Source: Crocinitomicaceae bacterium
GTDB taxonomy: Bacteria > Bacteroidota > Bacteroidia > Flavobacteriales_D > Crocinitomicaceae
Reading direction: 5' to 3'
NCBI GenBank assembly: GCA_045107045.1
Contig: JBGCFR010000025.1
Location: 1,640 to 65,639 of the forward strand
DNA length: 64,000 bases
In this document: one piece after another, positions 49,362-60,562 of the stretch
Numbering within the stretch: position 1 is the stretch's first letter
How the letters are laid out: every line of letters begins with the position of its first letter
Notes under the pieces: generated by a model
The model's input: the letters and a program-made list of their open reading frames with translations, nothing else
Told to the model about the DNA's origin: nothing
Database searches by the model: none
Translations under genes and position numbers: made by a program

Positions 49362-50138
49362 ATGATATTGGTTGATCAAACAAATCATCCAGTTAACTTT
49401 GGTCAAAAACCGTTACGGATTATTTCTCTAGTTCCTTCACAAACTGAGTTGCTTTATTATTTAGGCCTCGAAAAAATGGTTGTTGGAATTACCAAGTTTT
49501 GTGTTCACCCGACAAGTTGGTTCAAACTTAAGACTAGAGTAGGAGGCACTAAAAATGTCAATATTGAAAAAATTAAAGCATTGGCTCCTACTCATATAAT
49601 AGCTAATAAAGAGGAGAATACTAAAGCTCAAATTGAACTGCTAAGACAAAGTTTTGAGGTGTATACCAGTGATATTAATAGTTTAGATGATAGTTATCAA
49701 ATGATGAGAGATGTTGGACTACTGACTTCAACTAAAAACAAAGTAGAAACACTTATTGAGTCATTGAGTTCAAGTTTTAAAAAATTACCTAAGTTAAATG
49801 GTACAGTTTTATATTTGATTTGGAATGACCCATATATGTCGGCAGGTTGTAATACATTTATTAATAGTATGTTAATTTTGATAGGATTGCAAAATGCGGA
49901 CGTTTCTAATTTAAGATACAATGAAATCAGTAAAGAGAAAATTATCGAAATAGCTCCAGATTATATTTTTCTAAGCTCGGAACCATTTCCTTTTAAGAAC
50001 AAGCATATTCAAATAGTTGAAAAATTTTCTGACGCTAAAACCATCCTAGTAGATGGCGAGATGTTCTCTTGGTATGGCAGTCGATTGTTGAGTTTTAAAT
50101 CCTATATAGAAAACGATTTATTGCTAAAATTAGATTAA
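49362..50138 (+). CDS. helical-backbone metal/cobalamin-binding protein (BtuF-like)
   Basis: RIISLVPSQTE, VGGTKN, ANKEEN, LSSEPFPF, VDGEMFSWYGSR. Confidence 0.9.
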   Translation: MILVDQTNHPVNFGQKPLRIISLVPSQTELLYYLGLEKMVVGITKFCVHPTSWFKLKTRVGGTKNVNIEKIKALAPTHIIANKEENTKAQIELLRQSFEVYTSDINSLDDSYQMMRDVGLLTSTKNKVETLIESLSSSFKKLPKLNGTVLYLIWNDPYMSAGCNTFINSMLILIGLQNADVSNLRYNEISKEKIIEIAPDYIFLSSEPFPFKNKHIQIVEKFSDAKTILVDGEMFSWYGSRLLSFKSYIENDLLLKLD

Positions 50139-50139
50139 T

Positions 50140-50544
50140 TTATTCTTTAATAATTGCAGCTATATTTGGTCTAAAGTATTGATCTGATTTTAATACTTTT
50201 CCGTCTGATCTGTATATTGGTTGACCATTAGCATCTAATTTGCTCATATTCGATTTTTGAATCTCCTCAAAAACCTCGGTAATCTTATGCTGTAAACCAT
50301 GTTTAAGTATTGTACCACAAAGAATATACAATTGATCGCCTAAGGCATCTGCAACCTCAATTAGATCACCAGCCTTAACTGCCTCCAAGTATTCGTCATT
50401 TTCTTCTTTCATTAAGTTGTATCTCAATTCGTAATCACTTTTACTCAGATCAACAGTAGGTTTATAATTATTTTTAATTTTAAATGCATCATGAAACTCT
50501 TCAACATGTTTAATAATCTCTATAAAGGCTTTTTCTTTCTTCAT
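50140..50544 (-). CDS. MazG-like nucleoside triphosphate pyrophosphohydrolase (PRA-PH-like family)
   Basis: LMKEENDEYL, EVADALGDQLYILCG, SNMSKL, DGKVLKS; ATG 50544 preferred. Confidence 0.9.
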   Translation of the reverse strand: MKKEKAFIEIIKHVEEFHDAFKIKNNYKPTVDLSKSDYELRYNLMKEENDEYLEAVKAGDLIEVADALGDQLYILCGTILKHGLQHKITEVFEEIQKSNMSKLDANGQPIYRSDGKVLKSDQYFRPNIAAIIKE

Positions 50545-50595
50545 TTTTATTATTTTTGATAAAGATATTAATGTACCCAAAACTATAATTATAAA

Positions 50596-53500
50596 ATGAG
50601 AGGCCTTTTATTAACAATTTTTGTTCTTTTTTCAATTTTGACAGTTTTTGGCCAGGATTATTATCCACCAATTGAGAATTATTCTACAAATACTTACGGA
50701 AAATTTAGAAACCCAGAAAATTATGCCATTGTTCAGGATAATAGAGGGGTAATGTACTTTGGTAACTCCAATGGAGTCTTAGAATATGATGGAAAAAATT
50801 GGCGATTTGTTCAGGTTAAATTAGGTGCATACGTGTACAGTTTAGCAATTGATAGTTCAGGAACAATATATGCTGGTTCTCAAGATGAGTTTGGATACTT
50901 TATTGTTAATCAAAGAGGTGGCTTAGAGTATTATTCATTAAGTGATAAACTAAGTGAACTTGATCAAATTCAAATTACTGAAATAAGGTATACTTATACT
51001 TCAAAGGAAAAAGTTTTTTTTCAAAGCAAGAATAATGTTTTCGTATATAATATAAAGTCCCAAGAACTAGAAAATATAAAAAGTAATAATAGTTTTCACA
51101 CAAGTTTTATGGTGAACAATACCTTTTATGTGAGAGAGAGAAACGTGGGATTAAAATATTATGACAACGGTAGACTAAATTTAGTAAAAGGGACTCAGTA
51201 TTTTAAAACAGAAGCTTGTTTTGGAATGACACAGTCACCTTTTCATAAAAACGGACTTCTAGTTTTTACACAAGTTGATGGAATATTTGAATGGAGAAAT
51301 GATTCTATTGTATCTATTAAAGGTTCTAAATCAAACTTAAAAGATATAAGGACATTCGGAGTTAAACTTCTGTCAGATGGTAATTATGCATTGCAAACTT
51401 TTGAAAGTGGAGTATTTATTGTTAATAATAAAGGTGAGGTTATTAACGAAATAAATAGGAGTACTGGCTTGCGATCAGATGATGTGAAATCTATGTATGA
51501 GGATAGGGATCAGAATTTATGGCTAGGCTTGGGTAATGGTATTTCAAAGGTGAATTATTATTCGCCACTGTCTTTTTTTAATGAAAAATCCGGAATTGAC
51601 GGAAATATACAGGGTTTAATAAGGTTTAAAGGAATTCTTTATGTAGCATCATCCTATGGATTATTTATGCAGGATACAGATAAGGAAAGTCTAAATAAAT
51701 TTAAGCAGGATTATAGTCTGAAACTTCAAGTGTGGGATTTTGCCGAACACAATGATTATTTGTATATAGGCACTTCGGAGGGCGTTTTTAAACGGATAGA
51801 TGAAGGTGTCCATGAACAAGTAACGTCTCTTAACACTAATGCTATTTATTTTGATGAAGATAAAAATTGCTTTATTACCTGCGGTAATTCGGGAGTTTAT
51901 GTTTGGGACAAAGATTTTAATCTACTTTGGAAAGAGGAGTTAGGACTGAATACATGCACAGGAATAATTAAGAGCCCAAAAAATGGAAATTTTTGGTTGG
52001 GGACAAGTGGTTCGGGTGTCCTAAGATTAATTCTTAATAATTCAGGAAATATCTTGGATCGGTATACGTATGAGGGAGATGGGTTGTGTGAGGGACAAGT
52101 CACTGCACCATTAATTTTAAACAATCAAGTCATCTTTGGTTGTAAGTCTGGACCTATGGAATTTCTTGATGAAGACTATATGAGGGAATTGTTAAAGGAT
52201 GAACTGTCTGAAGATGAGTTAAATGATCCTATGTATATAAGGGGGATGTTTGAGTCATTTCCATTGTACGATTCGGTTTTTAGTGAGGAAATACTTCTAA
52301 TAGAAGATGATATTGATAAGACATGGTACGTTGCAGAGCATAAACTAGGATATTATTTAAAACATGAAAAAAAGTTTGTCAATAAACCATTTTGGGGAAT
52401 AAACTATGGTAGAATAAATAAACTTCTTTTAGAGGATAATGGTGTGTTATGGATAGGTTGTGCAGATGGATTGATTCGTTTTAAGAATAATGATAGAAAG
52501 AACTATAAGTCTGAATTTACAAGTCTCATAAGAAGAATAACAGCTGGTGGAGATACTACATTTAACGGTACTTTTACGAAAAAAACCGAAAATGAAGTAT
52601 TTAAATTTGAATACGCACAAAACGATTTTGTATTCCATTATGCGTGCCCCTATTTTGAGGATGAGCATAAACCACTTTTTTCAACAATACTAGTTGGTGA
52701 TGATAAAGCTTGGACAGTTTATGATTCGAAAACTGAGAGAACTTTCACTAATCTCCCTGAAGGTAAATACACATTTAAGGTAAAAGCGAAGAATATTTAT
52801 GATCAAATTAGTACAATATCTGAATACTCTTTTGTGATAAGTCCACCATGGTATAGAACTACATGGGCCTATATTTTATATGTTATCTGTTTTATACTTT
52901 TAATTTTTTTGGCCAGTACAATCACGTCTGCGAGATTAAAGAAGCAAAATGATCAGCTGGAGAAGGTAGTTGAAGAACGAACTCAAGAAATTTCTCAAAA
53001 GAATAATGTTTTAGAACATCAGAACACTGAAATTCTTGAACAAAAAAGGGAAATAGAAGATAGTATTAATTATGCCAAAAGAATTCAGGACGCCATTCTA
53101 CCATTGGCCTCAGAAATGAAGGAGTCCTTGCCGAATTCCTTTATTATTTATAAGCCTAAAGATATTGTTTCAGGTGATTTCTATTGGTTTACCAAAATAA
53201 ATAATCAATTAATTGTTGTATGTGCAGATTGTACTGGTCATGGTGTGCCAGGAGCCTTTATGAGTATGATTGGCTCGGATAGACTAAACATTATTGTTAA
53301 TGAAAGAAAGGTGCTGTCACCAGGTGCAATACTCGGGGAGTTAAACCGAGCAATTAAAAACTCTCTGAAGCAGAAAGCTAATGAGGATACTACAAGAGAT
53401 GGTATGGATGCAGCAGTTTGTGCGATTGATTTAGCAACAAATAAATTAACCTATTCAGGCGCACATAGAGGTTTATGGATTGTTCATAATAATGAGTTGA

Positions 53501-53814
53501 GTGAAATAAAACCAACTAAAATGGCGGTTGCTGGATTTACACCTGAAAATCAAATTTACGAAGATCATCAATTTCCGATTGAAAAGGGGATGAAGTTTTA
53601 TTTAACAACTGATGGATATGCGGATCAGTTTGGAGGTACTAGAGGGAAAAAATTTATGGTCAAAAAAATGAAAAATCTGATTTTAAAAGTTTCTTCTAAA
53701 TCTTATGAAGAACAACAAAAACTCCTTGAAAAAGAATTGTTTGACTGGATGAGTAAACATAATCAAGTTTACGATCAGATAGATGACATCTGTGTAATTG
53801 GGTTTGAATTATAG
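50596..53814 (+). CDS. membrane sensor: beta-propeller + Y_Y_Y domain, TM, coiled coil, SpoIIE/PP2C phosphatase
   Basis: [70 protein letters not shown]. Confidence 0.93.
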   Translation: MRGLLLTIFVLFSILTVFGQDYYPPIENYSTNTYGKFRNPENYAIVQDNRGVMYFGNSNGVLEYDGKNWRFVQVKLGAYVYSLAIDSSGTIYAGSQDEFGYFIVNQRGGLEYYSLSDKLSELDQIQITEIRYTYTSKEKVFFQSKNNVFVYNIKSQELENIKSNNSFHTSFMVNNTFYVRERNVGLKYYDNGRLNLVKGTQYFKTEACFGMTQSPFHKNGLLVFTQVDGIFEWRNDSIVSIKGSKSNLKDIRTFGVKLLSDGNYALQTFESGVFIVNNKGEVINEINRSTGLRSDDVKSMYEDRDQNLWLGLGNGISKVNYYSPLSFFNEKSGIDGNIQGLIRFKGILYVASSYGLFMQDTDKESLNKFKQDYSLKLQVWDFAEHNDYLYIGTSEGVFKRIDEGVHEQVTSLNTNAIYFDEDKNCFITCGNSGVYVWDKDFNLLWKEELGLNTCTGIIKSPKNGNFWLGTSGSGVLRLILNNSGNILDRYTYEGDGLCEGQVTAPLILNNQVIFGCKSGPMEFLDEDYMRELLKDELSEDELNDPMYIRGMFESFPLYDSVFSEEILLIEDDIDKTWYVAEHKLGYYLKHEKKFVNKPFWGINYGRINKLLLEDNGVLWIGCADGLIRFKNNDRKNYKSEFTSLIRRITAGGDTTFNGTFTKKTENEVFKFEYAQNDFVFHYACPYFEDEHKPLFSTILVGDDKAWTVYDSKTERTFTNLPEGKYTFKVKAKNIYDQISTISEYSFVISPPWYRTTWAYILYVICFILLIFLASTITSARLKKQNDQLEKVVEERTQEISQKNNVLEHQNTEILEQKREIEDSINYAKRIQDAILPLASEMKESLPNSFIIYKPKDIVSGDFYWFTKINNQLIVVCADCTGHGVPGAFMSMIGSDRLNIIVNERKVLSPGAILGELNRAIKNSLKQKANEDTTRDGMDAAVCAIDLATNKLTYSGAHRGLWIVHNNELSEIKPTKMAVAGFTPENQIYEDHQFPIEKGMKFYLTTDGYADQFGGTRGKKFMVKKMKNLILKVSSKSYEEQQKLLEKELFDWMSKHNQVYDQIDDICVIGFEL

Positions 53815-53905
53815 AAAACTAAAAAAATATGCCTCCGTATTTTATTTTAATCATTTTTTATTCGTAATATTGCACCCCCAATTGAGGGTTTTAAATGTTT
53901 TAGAG

Positions 53906-54268
53906 ATGGATATTATTAAGCAAATACAATCAGAATTAGTTGAAAAAAAGGAGCTTCCAGCATTTGGTGCAGGTTCAACAGTCACAATTCACTATAAAAT
54001 TAAAGAGGGCGATAAAGAAAGAATTCAGCAATATCAAGGTGTTGTTATCCAAAGAAAAGGTAGTGGTGCCACTGAAACTTTCACAGTTCGTAAAATGTCA
54101 GGTAATATTGGCGTTGAAAGAATTATTCCTGTACAATCGCCTTTTATTGATAAGATTGAAGTGAATAAAGTAGGTAAGGTTCGTAGAGCAAGAATTTACT
54201 ACTTCAGAGGAAGAAAAGGTAAAGCTGCAAGAATTCAAGAAAAAAGAAGACAAGTTTCAGCAAAATAA
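53906..54268 (+). CDS. rplS: 50S ribosomal protein L19
   Basis: [40 protein letters not shown]...GKAARI; true start ATG 53906. Confidence 0.98.
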   Translation: MDIIKQIQSELVEKKELPAFGAGSTVTIHYKIKEGDKERIQQYQGVVIQRKGSGATETFTVRKMSGNIGVERIIPVQSPFIDKIEVNKVGKVRRARIYYFRGRKGKAARIQEKRRQVSAK

Positions 54269-54291
54269 TTTTTGCCACTTAAGTTATATTG

Positions 54292-54324
54292 AAACACTTT
54301 CTAAATATAGAAGGTGTTTTTTTT
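54292..54324 (+). terminator. intrinsic terminator after rplS
   Basis: aaacactttcta-aata-tagaaggtgttt followed by a T tract. Confidence 0.85.
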
Positions 54325-54495
54325 GTACCATATAAATTTTCAAACGAAATTACAGTAGCCAGTTATCCATAAGATTTAGAGGTTTTAGATAAAATCTAGT
54401 ATTGATTCATTTCATTCTTAATCAGTCTTGTTATATTTGAGAAAGAACATATTCTATTAAAAGGATATAAACAGTGTTTAAAAGAAATAAGAAAT

Positions 54496-55125
54496 ATGAT
54501 AATTTTTGGAACAAGAGGTGTAAAATCAACAATTAAATCAGGAGATTTTAATTGTCCACAATGTGAAAAATCAGTGCCATATAGACATAGAAAGGTGACG
54601 AAATTTTTCACACTCTATTTTATACCATTAATTCCATTGGGCAGTGCCGGAGAGTATGTGGAATGTGGAACATGCAAAGGGACGTTTATTCCACGTGTTT
54701 TGGAAGCTGGTCCTTCAAACCAAGATGATTTTATGGCAGTTTACGAACAGGCAATAAGGCATTCAATGGTTTTAATAATGCTGGCTGATGGAGTAATTGA
54801 TAATGAAGAAAAAACATTGGTTAGAACAATTATTAATAAGTTTGGTAAAAATGATTTATCTATTTACGAACTTGAAAAGTATATTGAGCAAGTTCAAAAT
54901 GAAAAAGAAGATGTAACGACCTATTTAAGTAAGGTAGGTCCCTCATTAAATGAACATGGAAAAGAAACAATAATAAAGTGCGCTTTATCAGTTGCTGCCG
55001 CAGATGGACATATAGATGAATCCGAAATTGCCTTAATAGGCAAAATGGGGGGTGCAATGGAAATGTCTTCCTCTCATTTAAAAGGCATCATTGCCGAAAT
55101 GAATGAACAGCCTGAAAATGCTTAA
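54496..55125 (+). CDS. zinc-ribbon + TerB-like domain protein
   Basis: MIIFG...CPQC...FFTLYFIPLIP...ECGTC; LADGVIDNEE and AAADGHIDESE TerB-type motifs. Confidence 0.85.
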   Translation: MIIFGTRGVKSTIKSGDFNCPQCEKSVPYRHRKVTKFFTLYFIPLIPLGSAGEYVECGTCKGTFIPRVLEAGPSNQDDFMAVYEQAIRHSMVLIMLADGVIDNEEKTLVRTIINKFGKNDLSIYELEKYIEQVQNEKEDVTTYLSKVGPSLNEHGKETIIKCALSVAAADGHIDESEIALIGKMGGAMEMSSSHLKGIIAEMNEQPENA

Positions 55126-55147
55126 TGCTTAGGTTAATCGTATTTTT

Positions 55148-56113
55148 TTATTTCATCAATTCATTGATGATCGCTTCTAAAGAATATCCTTCCGCTTCAG
55201 CCTTATAATTTCTTACAATTCTATGTCTGAGAATTGGATAGGCCACTGCTTTTACATCTTCAATGTCTGGAGAATACTTGCCATTAATTGCAGCATGACA
55301 TTTTGCACCAATAACCAAATATTGAGAAGCTCTAGGTCCAGCACCCCATTCTAAATATTTTTCAGTTAATGGATGACAATAAGGTGATCCTTTTCTTGTT
55401 TTGGCAACTAGCCTAACTGCATAATCATATACATTTTCAGGAACGGGCAATCGTCTAACAAGATTTTGAAAATATATAATTTCCTCACCATTAAGAATTG
55501 GTTTTAGATTGACTTCTATATCTGATGTTGTGCTTTTAACTATATTGATTTCTTCCTCAAGTGTAGGGTAATCGACCCAAATGTTAAACATAAAACGATC
55601 TAGTTGAGCTTCAGGCAAAGGGTATGTTCCCTCTTGTTCAATTGGGTTTTGAGTCGCTAAAACAAAAAATGGTTTATCAAGCACATACCTGTGACCCGCA
55701 GCTGTGACTGTTTTTTCTTGCATTGCCTCTAACAACGCTGCCTGGGTCTTTGGTGGAGTTCGATTTATTTCATCTGCTAAAATTATGTTAGAAAATATAG
55801 GACCTTTTATAAATTTAAATTGTCTATTTTCATCTAGAATCTCAGATCCAATAATATCAGAGGGCATTAAGTCCGGGGTAAATTGTATCCTCTTGAAACC
55901 TAACCCTAGTGAGTCCGATATGGTTTGTATTAATAACGTTTTCGCTAGACCAGGCACACCGACCAATAAGCTATGTCCATTACTGAAAATGGACATTAAA
56001 ACTTGTTTTACAACTTCGTTTTGTCCAACAATGACTTTGTGAATTTCGTCACTAATAGCTTTGTATTTTTGTACTAGGAGATCAACACCTTCTTTGTCTG
56101 TAAGTTTTTGCAT
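55148..56113 (-). CDS. MoxR family AAA+ ATPase
   Basis: GVPGLAKT, RIQFTPDLMPSDI, LADEINRTPPKTQAALLEAM, ATQNPIEQEGTYPLPEAQLDRF. Confidence 0.96.
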   Translation of the reverse strand: MQKLTDKEGVDLLVQKYKAISDEIHKVIVGQNEVVKQVLMSIFSNGHSLLVGVPGLAKTLLIQTISDSLGLGFKRIQFTPDLMPSDIIGSEILDENRQFKFIKGPIFSNIILADEINRTPPKTQAALLEAMQEKTVTAAGHRYVLDKPFFVLATQNPIEQEGTYPLPEAQLDRFMFNIWVDYPTLEEEINIVKSTTSDIEVNLKPILNGEEIIYFQNLVRRLPVPENVYDYAVRLVAKTRKGSPYCHPLTEKYLEWGAGPRASQYLVIGAKCHAAINGKYSPDIEDVKAVAYPILRHRIVRNYKAEAEGYSLEAIINELMK

Positions 56114-56162
56114 AGTTTTTCTTCAATTCCCTCAAAAATAGTAAAAATGAATGACTACTAAT

Positions 56163-56759
56163 TCATTTTAATCCTTTTAAAACATCCCGACTATAATTGT
56201 TTTTTTCAACTTTACCTTTTGATTTTAACTTAAATCCAAAAAACGCACCTATACAACCTCCTATAATATGAGCAAATTGAGATACGTTATCGTCATTGAA
56301 TAAATAAACTATTTCTTTTCCAATAAAAATTGTTGCAACAAGAATAAATGTTAAAGGAATCTCATTGTTCTTAAAACTGACAAGACTAACAAGAATAATA
56401 AAACTGAACACTATTCCACTTGCGCCTATTAACCCATTTGAAAAGAATAAAATGTGGAATACGGCAGTAATGAAAGCTGTACTAACTATCATTAATAATG
56501 TGTTTTTTTGCCCGTATTTCTCCTCTATTATTGGTCCAAGTAATAAAATATATGATAGGTTCATAATGATATGGTCAGGACCAGCATGTGCTAAAATATA
56601 CGTAAATAGTCTAGGGTAGTATGACCAGTCTGTAAAAATAAAGTTTGGATTGAGTTTGAACAATTCCATTCCTACGTTCATATACTCAGTTAGAACAAAT
56701 ACTACTACACTTAAAAATGAAAAGCCAAGTATAATAGGAGAATTAAAGGTGATTTTCAT
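56163..56759 (-). CDS. rhomboid family intramembrane serine protease
   Basis: H...HIIMN, IEEKYG, IGASG catalytic Ser, AHIIG catalytic His; start ATG 56759. Confidence 0.92.
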   Translation of the reverse strand: MKITFNSPIILGFSFLSVVVFVLTEYMNVGMELFKLNPNFIFTDWSYYPRLFTYILAHAGPDHIIMNLSYILLLGPIIEEKYGQKNTLLMIVSTAFITAVFHILFFSNGLIGASGIVFSFIILVSLVSFKNNEIPLTFILVATIFIGKEIVYLFNDDNVSQFAHIIGGCIGAFFGFKLKSKGKVEKNNYSRDVLKGLK

Positions 56760-56793
56760 ACATTTGTTTATAATCGCACTAAAGATAATAATA

Positions 56794-57516
56794 ATGAGGG
56801 ATAAGGTTTTTTGTATTTTTTTACTGTTTTTTTGCCTAAACTTTAGCTTTTCGCAAATCGATACTTTGAGCATTGGTTTTGAGAACGATAATAATTCAAA
56901 TGATTCGCTAAATAGAACAAATATTTATATTAGTGGCCAGTTTTTTAATGCATACCGTTCGTTTGAAGATTTATCGGCATCAAATTCTTATTCTAACAGG
57001 ATTAGCGAGGAATCAATAAGTACTGGAGGGGTTGAACTTGGTTCGTATATTAAGTTGAATGATAAATTTGATTTAGGAATTGGGGTTAGTTTTTTTGGAG
57101 GTGGTGAGCAATGGAGTTATTTTGATTCAATTTCTGATTCAAGTTTCATGTACGTTAATAAATATCGCCAAATAGCAGTTCCATTTAGGCTTCATTTTCA
57201 TTTAGGTGATGAATTGAGATGGGTAACCTTTTTAGGAGTAATCCCTTCAAGTATTTTGGGGAGAAGGTATGAAAGTAGTTACACTAATGATGAAGGAATT
57301 TTAACAGAAAATGAAATAGAGACTTTTCAAGATAATCTAAACTCGTTTCAGTTAGCAGCGACTGTTGGAACTGGTGTTTCTTATCAATTAGGTAATGCTT
57401 CTGTTTTTTTACTAGGAGAGTATAGGTATCACTTTACCAATACCTATACAGGTCTATTCCTAAATCATCAACAAAAATTGATTGGTGGATCATTGGGGAT
57501 GACATTCAGTTTTTAA
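56794..57516 (+). CDS. outer-membrane beta-barrel protein (PorT-like)
   Basis: Signal peptide from ATG 56794; amphipathic strands; terminal LGMTFSF. Confidence 0.75.
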   Translation: MRDKVFCIFLLFFCLNFSFSQIDTLSIGFENDNNSNDSLNRTNIYISGQFFNAYRSFEDLSASNSYSNRISEESISTGGVELGSYIKLNDKFDLGIGVSFFGGGEQWSYFDSISDSSFMYVNKYRQIAVPFRLHFHLGDELRWVTFLGVIPSSILGRRYESSYTNDEGILTENEIETFQDNLNSFQLAATVGTGVSYQLGNASVFLLGEYRYHFTNTYTGLFLNHQQKLIGGSLGMTFSF

Positions 57517-57588
57517 GTATTTCACTTTTTTTTGTAACCCAATTGGTGACATTTCGTAATATTTTTGAAGACAACCAAATTTGCTATT

Positions 57589-58623
57589 ATGAAATTTTTA
57601 GTATTGACCTTTGTATTAAGTATGTCAACTTTAGCTTTAACCGAGACTAAATTGACTACTGTACAATATATTGATTTATGGAAAAATACGGCTGTAGAAC
57701 AAATGCATGCTCACAAGATTCCGGCAAGCATTACTTTGGCGCAAGGTATTTTGGAATCAGGGAGTGGTAATAGTAGATTAGCAAAGGAAGCTAAGAATCA
57801 TTTCGGAATTAAATGCCATAAAACATGGTCAGGTGATACTTTTATACAAGATGACGATACAAGAGATGAATGCTTTAGATCTTACTATTCTGCAGCAGAA
57901 TCTTATACTGATCATTCATTATTCTTATCTAGACGTGGACGGTATTCAAATTTATTTCTCTTAGATTTAGATAATTATAAAGGCTGGGCAACAGGTCTTA
58001 AATCTGCCGGGTATGCTACTAACCCAAAATATGCCTATCTATTAATTGATTTGATTGAGCGTTATCATTTAAATCAATACGATAAGGTTACTAGCGATAA
58101 AATCTCTGTTTTGAAGAAGCAAAGTAAGTCTGCTGAATATAAGGCAGTTGTTAAAAAAAGCTCTAATTCCGACCCTCAAGTTGGTTCCAAAACGAAAGAA
58201 TATTCTAAAACTAAAATGGCACCGGTTGCCAGTTCAAATTACAATAACAATGTAAGTGTAGTTGAAATAAAACATAATGCACACGAAGTGACAACTAGCC
58301 TTAATAAGGTTAAGTACATCTTGGTTCATGAGGGTGATACTTTTTATAGATTAGCTAAAGAGTTTGATATTACAATTACACAGCTTTATAGATACAATGA
58401 ATTTAAGAATAAAGATGTTCTAGAAATTGGAGACCGAATTTATGTGAGTCCAAAAAAATCTAAAGGCCCTAGAGGTAAAAGCAATTACGTATGCAAAAAA
58501 ACTATATCATTGAGAGAAATCGCACACGAGCAAGGCATAAAATTAAATAGTATTATGAAATTGAACCTGTCAGAAAACCCTGATGAAGTATTAAGAAAAG
58601 GTTCTAAAGTCACCCTCCGGTAG
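57589..58623 (+). CDS. GH73 glucosaminidase with LysM domains
   Basis: IPASITLAQGILESG, NHFGIKC, AGYATNPKYA..LI.LIE.Y.L; LysM VHEGDTFY.LA. Confidence 0.93.
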   Translation: MKFLVLTFVLSMSTLALTETKLTTVQYIDLWKNTAVEQMHAHKIPASITLAQGILESGSGNSRLAKEAKNHFGIKCHKTWSGDTFIQDDDTRDECFRSYYSAAESYTDHSLFLSRRGRYSNLFLLDLDNYKGWATGLKSAGYATNPKYAYLLIDLIERYHLNQYDKVTSDKISVLKKQSKSAEYKAVVKKSSNSDPQVGSKTKEYSKTKMAPVASSNYNNNVSVVEIKHNAHEVTTSLNKVKYILVHEGDTFYRLAKEFDITITQLYRYNEFKNKDVLEIGDRIYVSPKKSKGPRGKSNYVCKKTISLREIAHEQGIKLNSIMKLNLSENPDEVLRKGSKVTLR

Positions 58624-58738
58624 TTTTTGAGTAAATCGGGTTGGTTACCTGAAAAAAAGAAAACTAATTTACAAATAATATTCCTTGTGTTTAATTATGT
58701 AAAATCGTGAATCGACAGGAGGTTTTTTGGTTTGTTGT

Positions 58739-58770
58739 TGAAAGGAGGCTTTTTTAGTCTCCTTTCTTTA
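58739..58770 (+). terminator. hairpin / probable terminator
   Basis: gaaaggaggct-ttttt-agtctcctttc followed by ttatt. Confidence 0.55.
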
Positions 58771-58945
58771 TTGTAACTCTAAAATTAAATTATCAAAATA
58801 TATATCCAATAGTGTTCGGAATAGTGCAAATTATTAACCTTTGTTATCTATTGATTAAATAACTATTAATTTAATTTATAAGTTTAGATATTTTCAATTA
58901 TTTGTTTTAATTTAGTTCAATAAATTATTGAAATCCTAAATCAAA

Positions 58946-60469
58946 ATGAAGCCTTCAGTAGAACTTTTTAATTTAATAGAATCACTCACAAAATCAGAGA
59001 AAAGATTTTTCAAACTAAATTCAACACTTCAGTCAGGTGAAAAGAATTATATTAAAATTTTTGATTTTGTTGAGAAACAGAAAAAGTATGACGAAGAAGA
59101 ATTAAAGGCACATTTTAAGGGGGAAATATTTGTGGATCACCTGCCATCAGAAAAGAATCATCTTTACAAATTGATTTTAAAAAGCTTAAGGTCGTTTTAT
59201 TCAGAGCAGAATGTTAGTGCGCAACTAAAGCAGGAGATTAAAAATGTGGAAATTTTGCATAAAAAAGCACTTTATAAGGAATGCGCAAAATTTGTAAAAC
59301 GAGCTAAGAGAATCGCTAAACAATATGAAAAATTTTATTATTGGTACGAATTAATTGGATGGGAGAGAAAACTTCTTGAGGAGGCCTATGAAGAAGGAGT
59401 ATTTACTCAAGATATAAATCAGCTAATTGAAGAAGAAACGGGAGTAATTGAAAAATTAAGAAATTTAGGTGAGTATCAAATACTGTATTCTAAGATCAAT
59501 TTGATTTTTAAAAGCGGAGGATTTTCCAGAAATGATGAAGAACGAAAAATTGTTTCAGAAATTGCAGACTACCATTTAATAACAGGAAAAAACACAGCCG
59601 TTTCTGTCAGAGCTACATCTATTTGTTACTATATTAAAGGATTATGTGCTGCGAGTGTTAGAGATTACGATCTTGCCATAGTCAATTTTAGAAAAACGAA
59701 AATGGTGATGGATAAATATCCAGACATTAAACAAGATTTACAAAGTAGATACATATCGACACTAACTTTCTTATTGAGTTGCTATATTGATCAGAATGAT
59801 TTTGAAAATGCCGAAAAATTTTTAAATGAGATTAAAGATTTGCCAAATCAAAAGGGGTATGACAGCATAGACTCTAAGGTGAAAATATATTCATCAATTG
59901 GTGTAGGAGAAATACAATTGTATAACAGAAAAGGTGATTTTGAAAAAGCTAGAGAGTTATGCGAATCGGTTGATGGTAGACTTGAAGCGTATAAGAATAA
60001 ATTAACGAAAGAAAAAAACCTTCTGTTGGATTACAGCAAAGCCTATACTTTATTTGGGATAGGTGATTTCAAAGCTTCATTGAAAATAGTAAATAAAATG
60101 CTGAATGATAATGAAAAAAGATTAAGGCAAGATATTTACAGTTTTTCTAGAATTTTCAACCTTGTCATACATTATGAATTAGGGAATTTTGACTTTGTAG
60201 AATATGAAGTTAAATCAACCTCACGTTTTCTGGGTAAAAAAGAGAAGGATTACTTTATTGAAAAGGTATTTATTAAATACATTAAAAAATTATCAAAAGA
60301 AGAAGCAAATTTTGGTAAGAGGGAGATATTCGAAAATTTTTATGCCGAAATAGACAAATTATTAATGTTACCTAACGAACAAGTTATATTGGAATACTTT
60401 AATATCAAGGCTTGGGTTTATAGTAAAATAAAGCGAATTCCATTTACAGAAGCAATCCAATCGATTTAA
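58946..60469 (+). CDS. all-helical (TPR-like) conserved hypothetical protein
   Basis: LFNLIESLTKSEKRFFK N-terminus; helical periodicity throughout; no signal peptide. Confidence 0.8.
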   Translation: MKPSVELFNLIESLTKSEKRFFKLNSTLQSGEKNYIKIFDFVEKQKKYDEEELKAHFKGEIFVDHLPSEKNHLYKLILKSLRSFYSEQNVSAQLKQEIKNVEILHKKALYKECAKFVKRAKRIAKQYEKFYYWYELIGWERKLLEEAYEEGVFTQDINQLIEEETGVIEKLRNLGEYQILYSKINLIFKSGGFSRNDEERKIVSEIADYHLITGKNTAVSVRATSICYYIKGLCAASVRDYDLAIVNFRKTKMVMDKYPDIKQDLQSRYISTLTFLLSCYIDQNDFENAEKFLNEIKDLPNQKGYDSIDSKVKIYSSIGVGEIQLYNRKGDFEKARELCESVDGRLEAYKNKLTKEKNLLLDYSKAYTLFGIGDFKASLKIVNKMLNDNEKRLRQDIYSFSRIFNLVIHYELGNFDFVEYEVKSTSRFLGKKEKDYFIEKVFIKYIKKLSKEEANFGKREIFENFYAEIDKLLMLPNEQVILEYFNIKAWVYSKIKRIPFTEAIQSI

Positions 60470-60562
60470 TTCAACCTCTTACTGGTCATCATTGCAGCAG
60501 TAACTATTGGAAATTATTTTCGTATAAATTTCTGTCTATATTAAAAAAGGGCATTACCTATT

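Noticed and set aside
53798-53905. N-terminal extension of L19 in the ORF track (likewise extensions at 28981, 32985, 39373, 50580, 56650, 56873)
   Set aside because: They overlap neighbouring genes or promoters; downstream ATGs give the expected protein starts.
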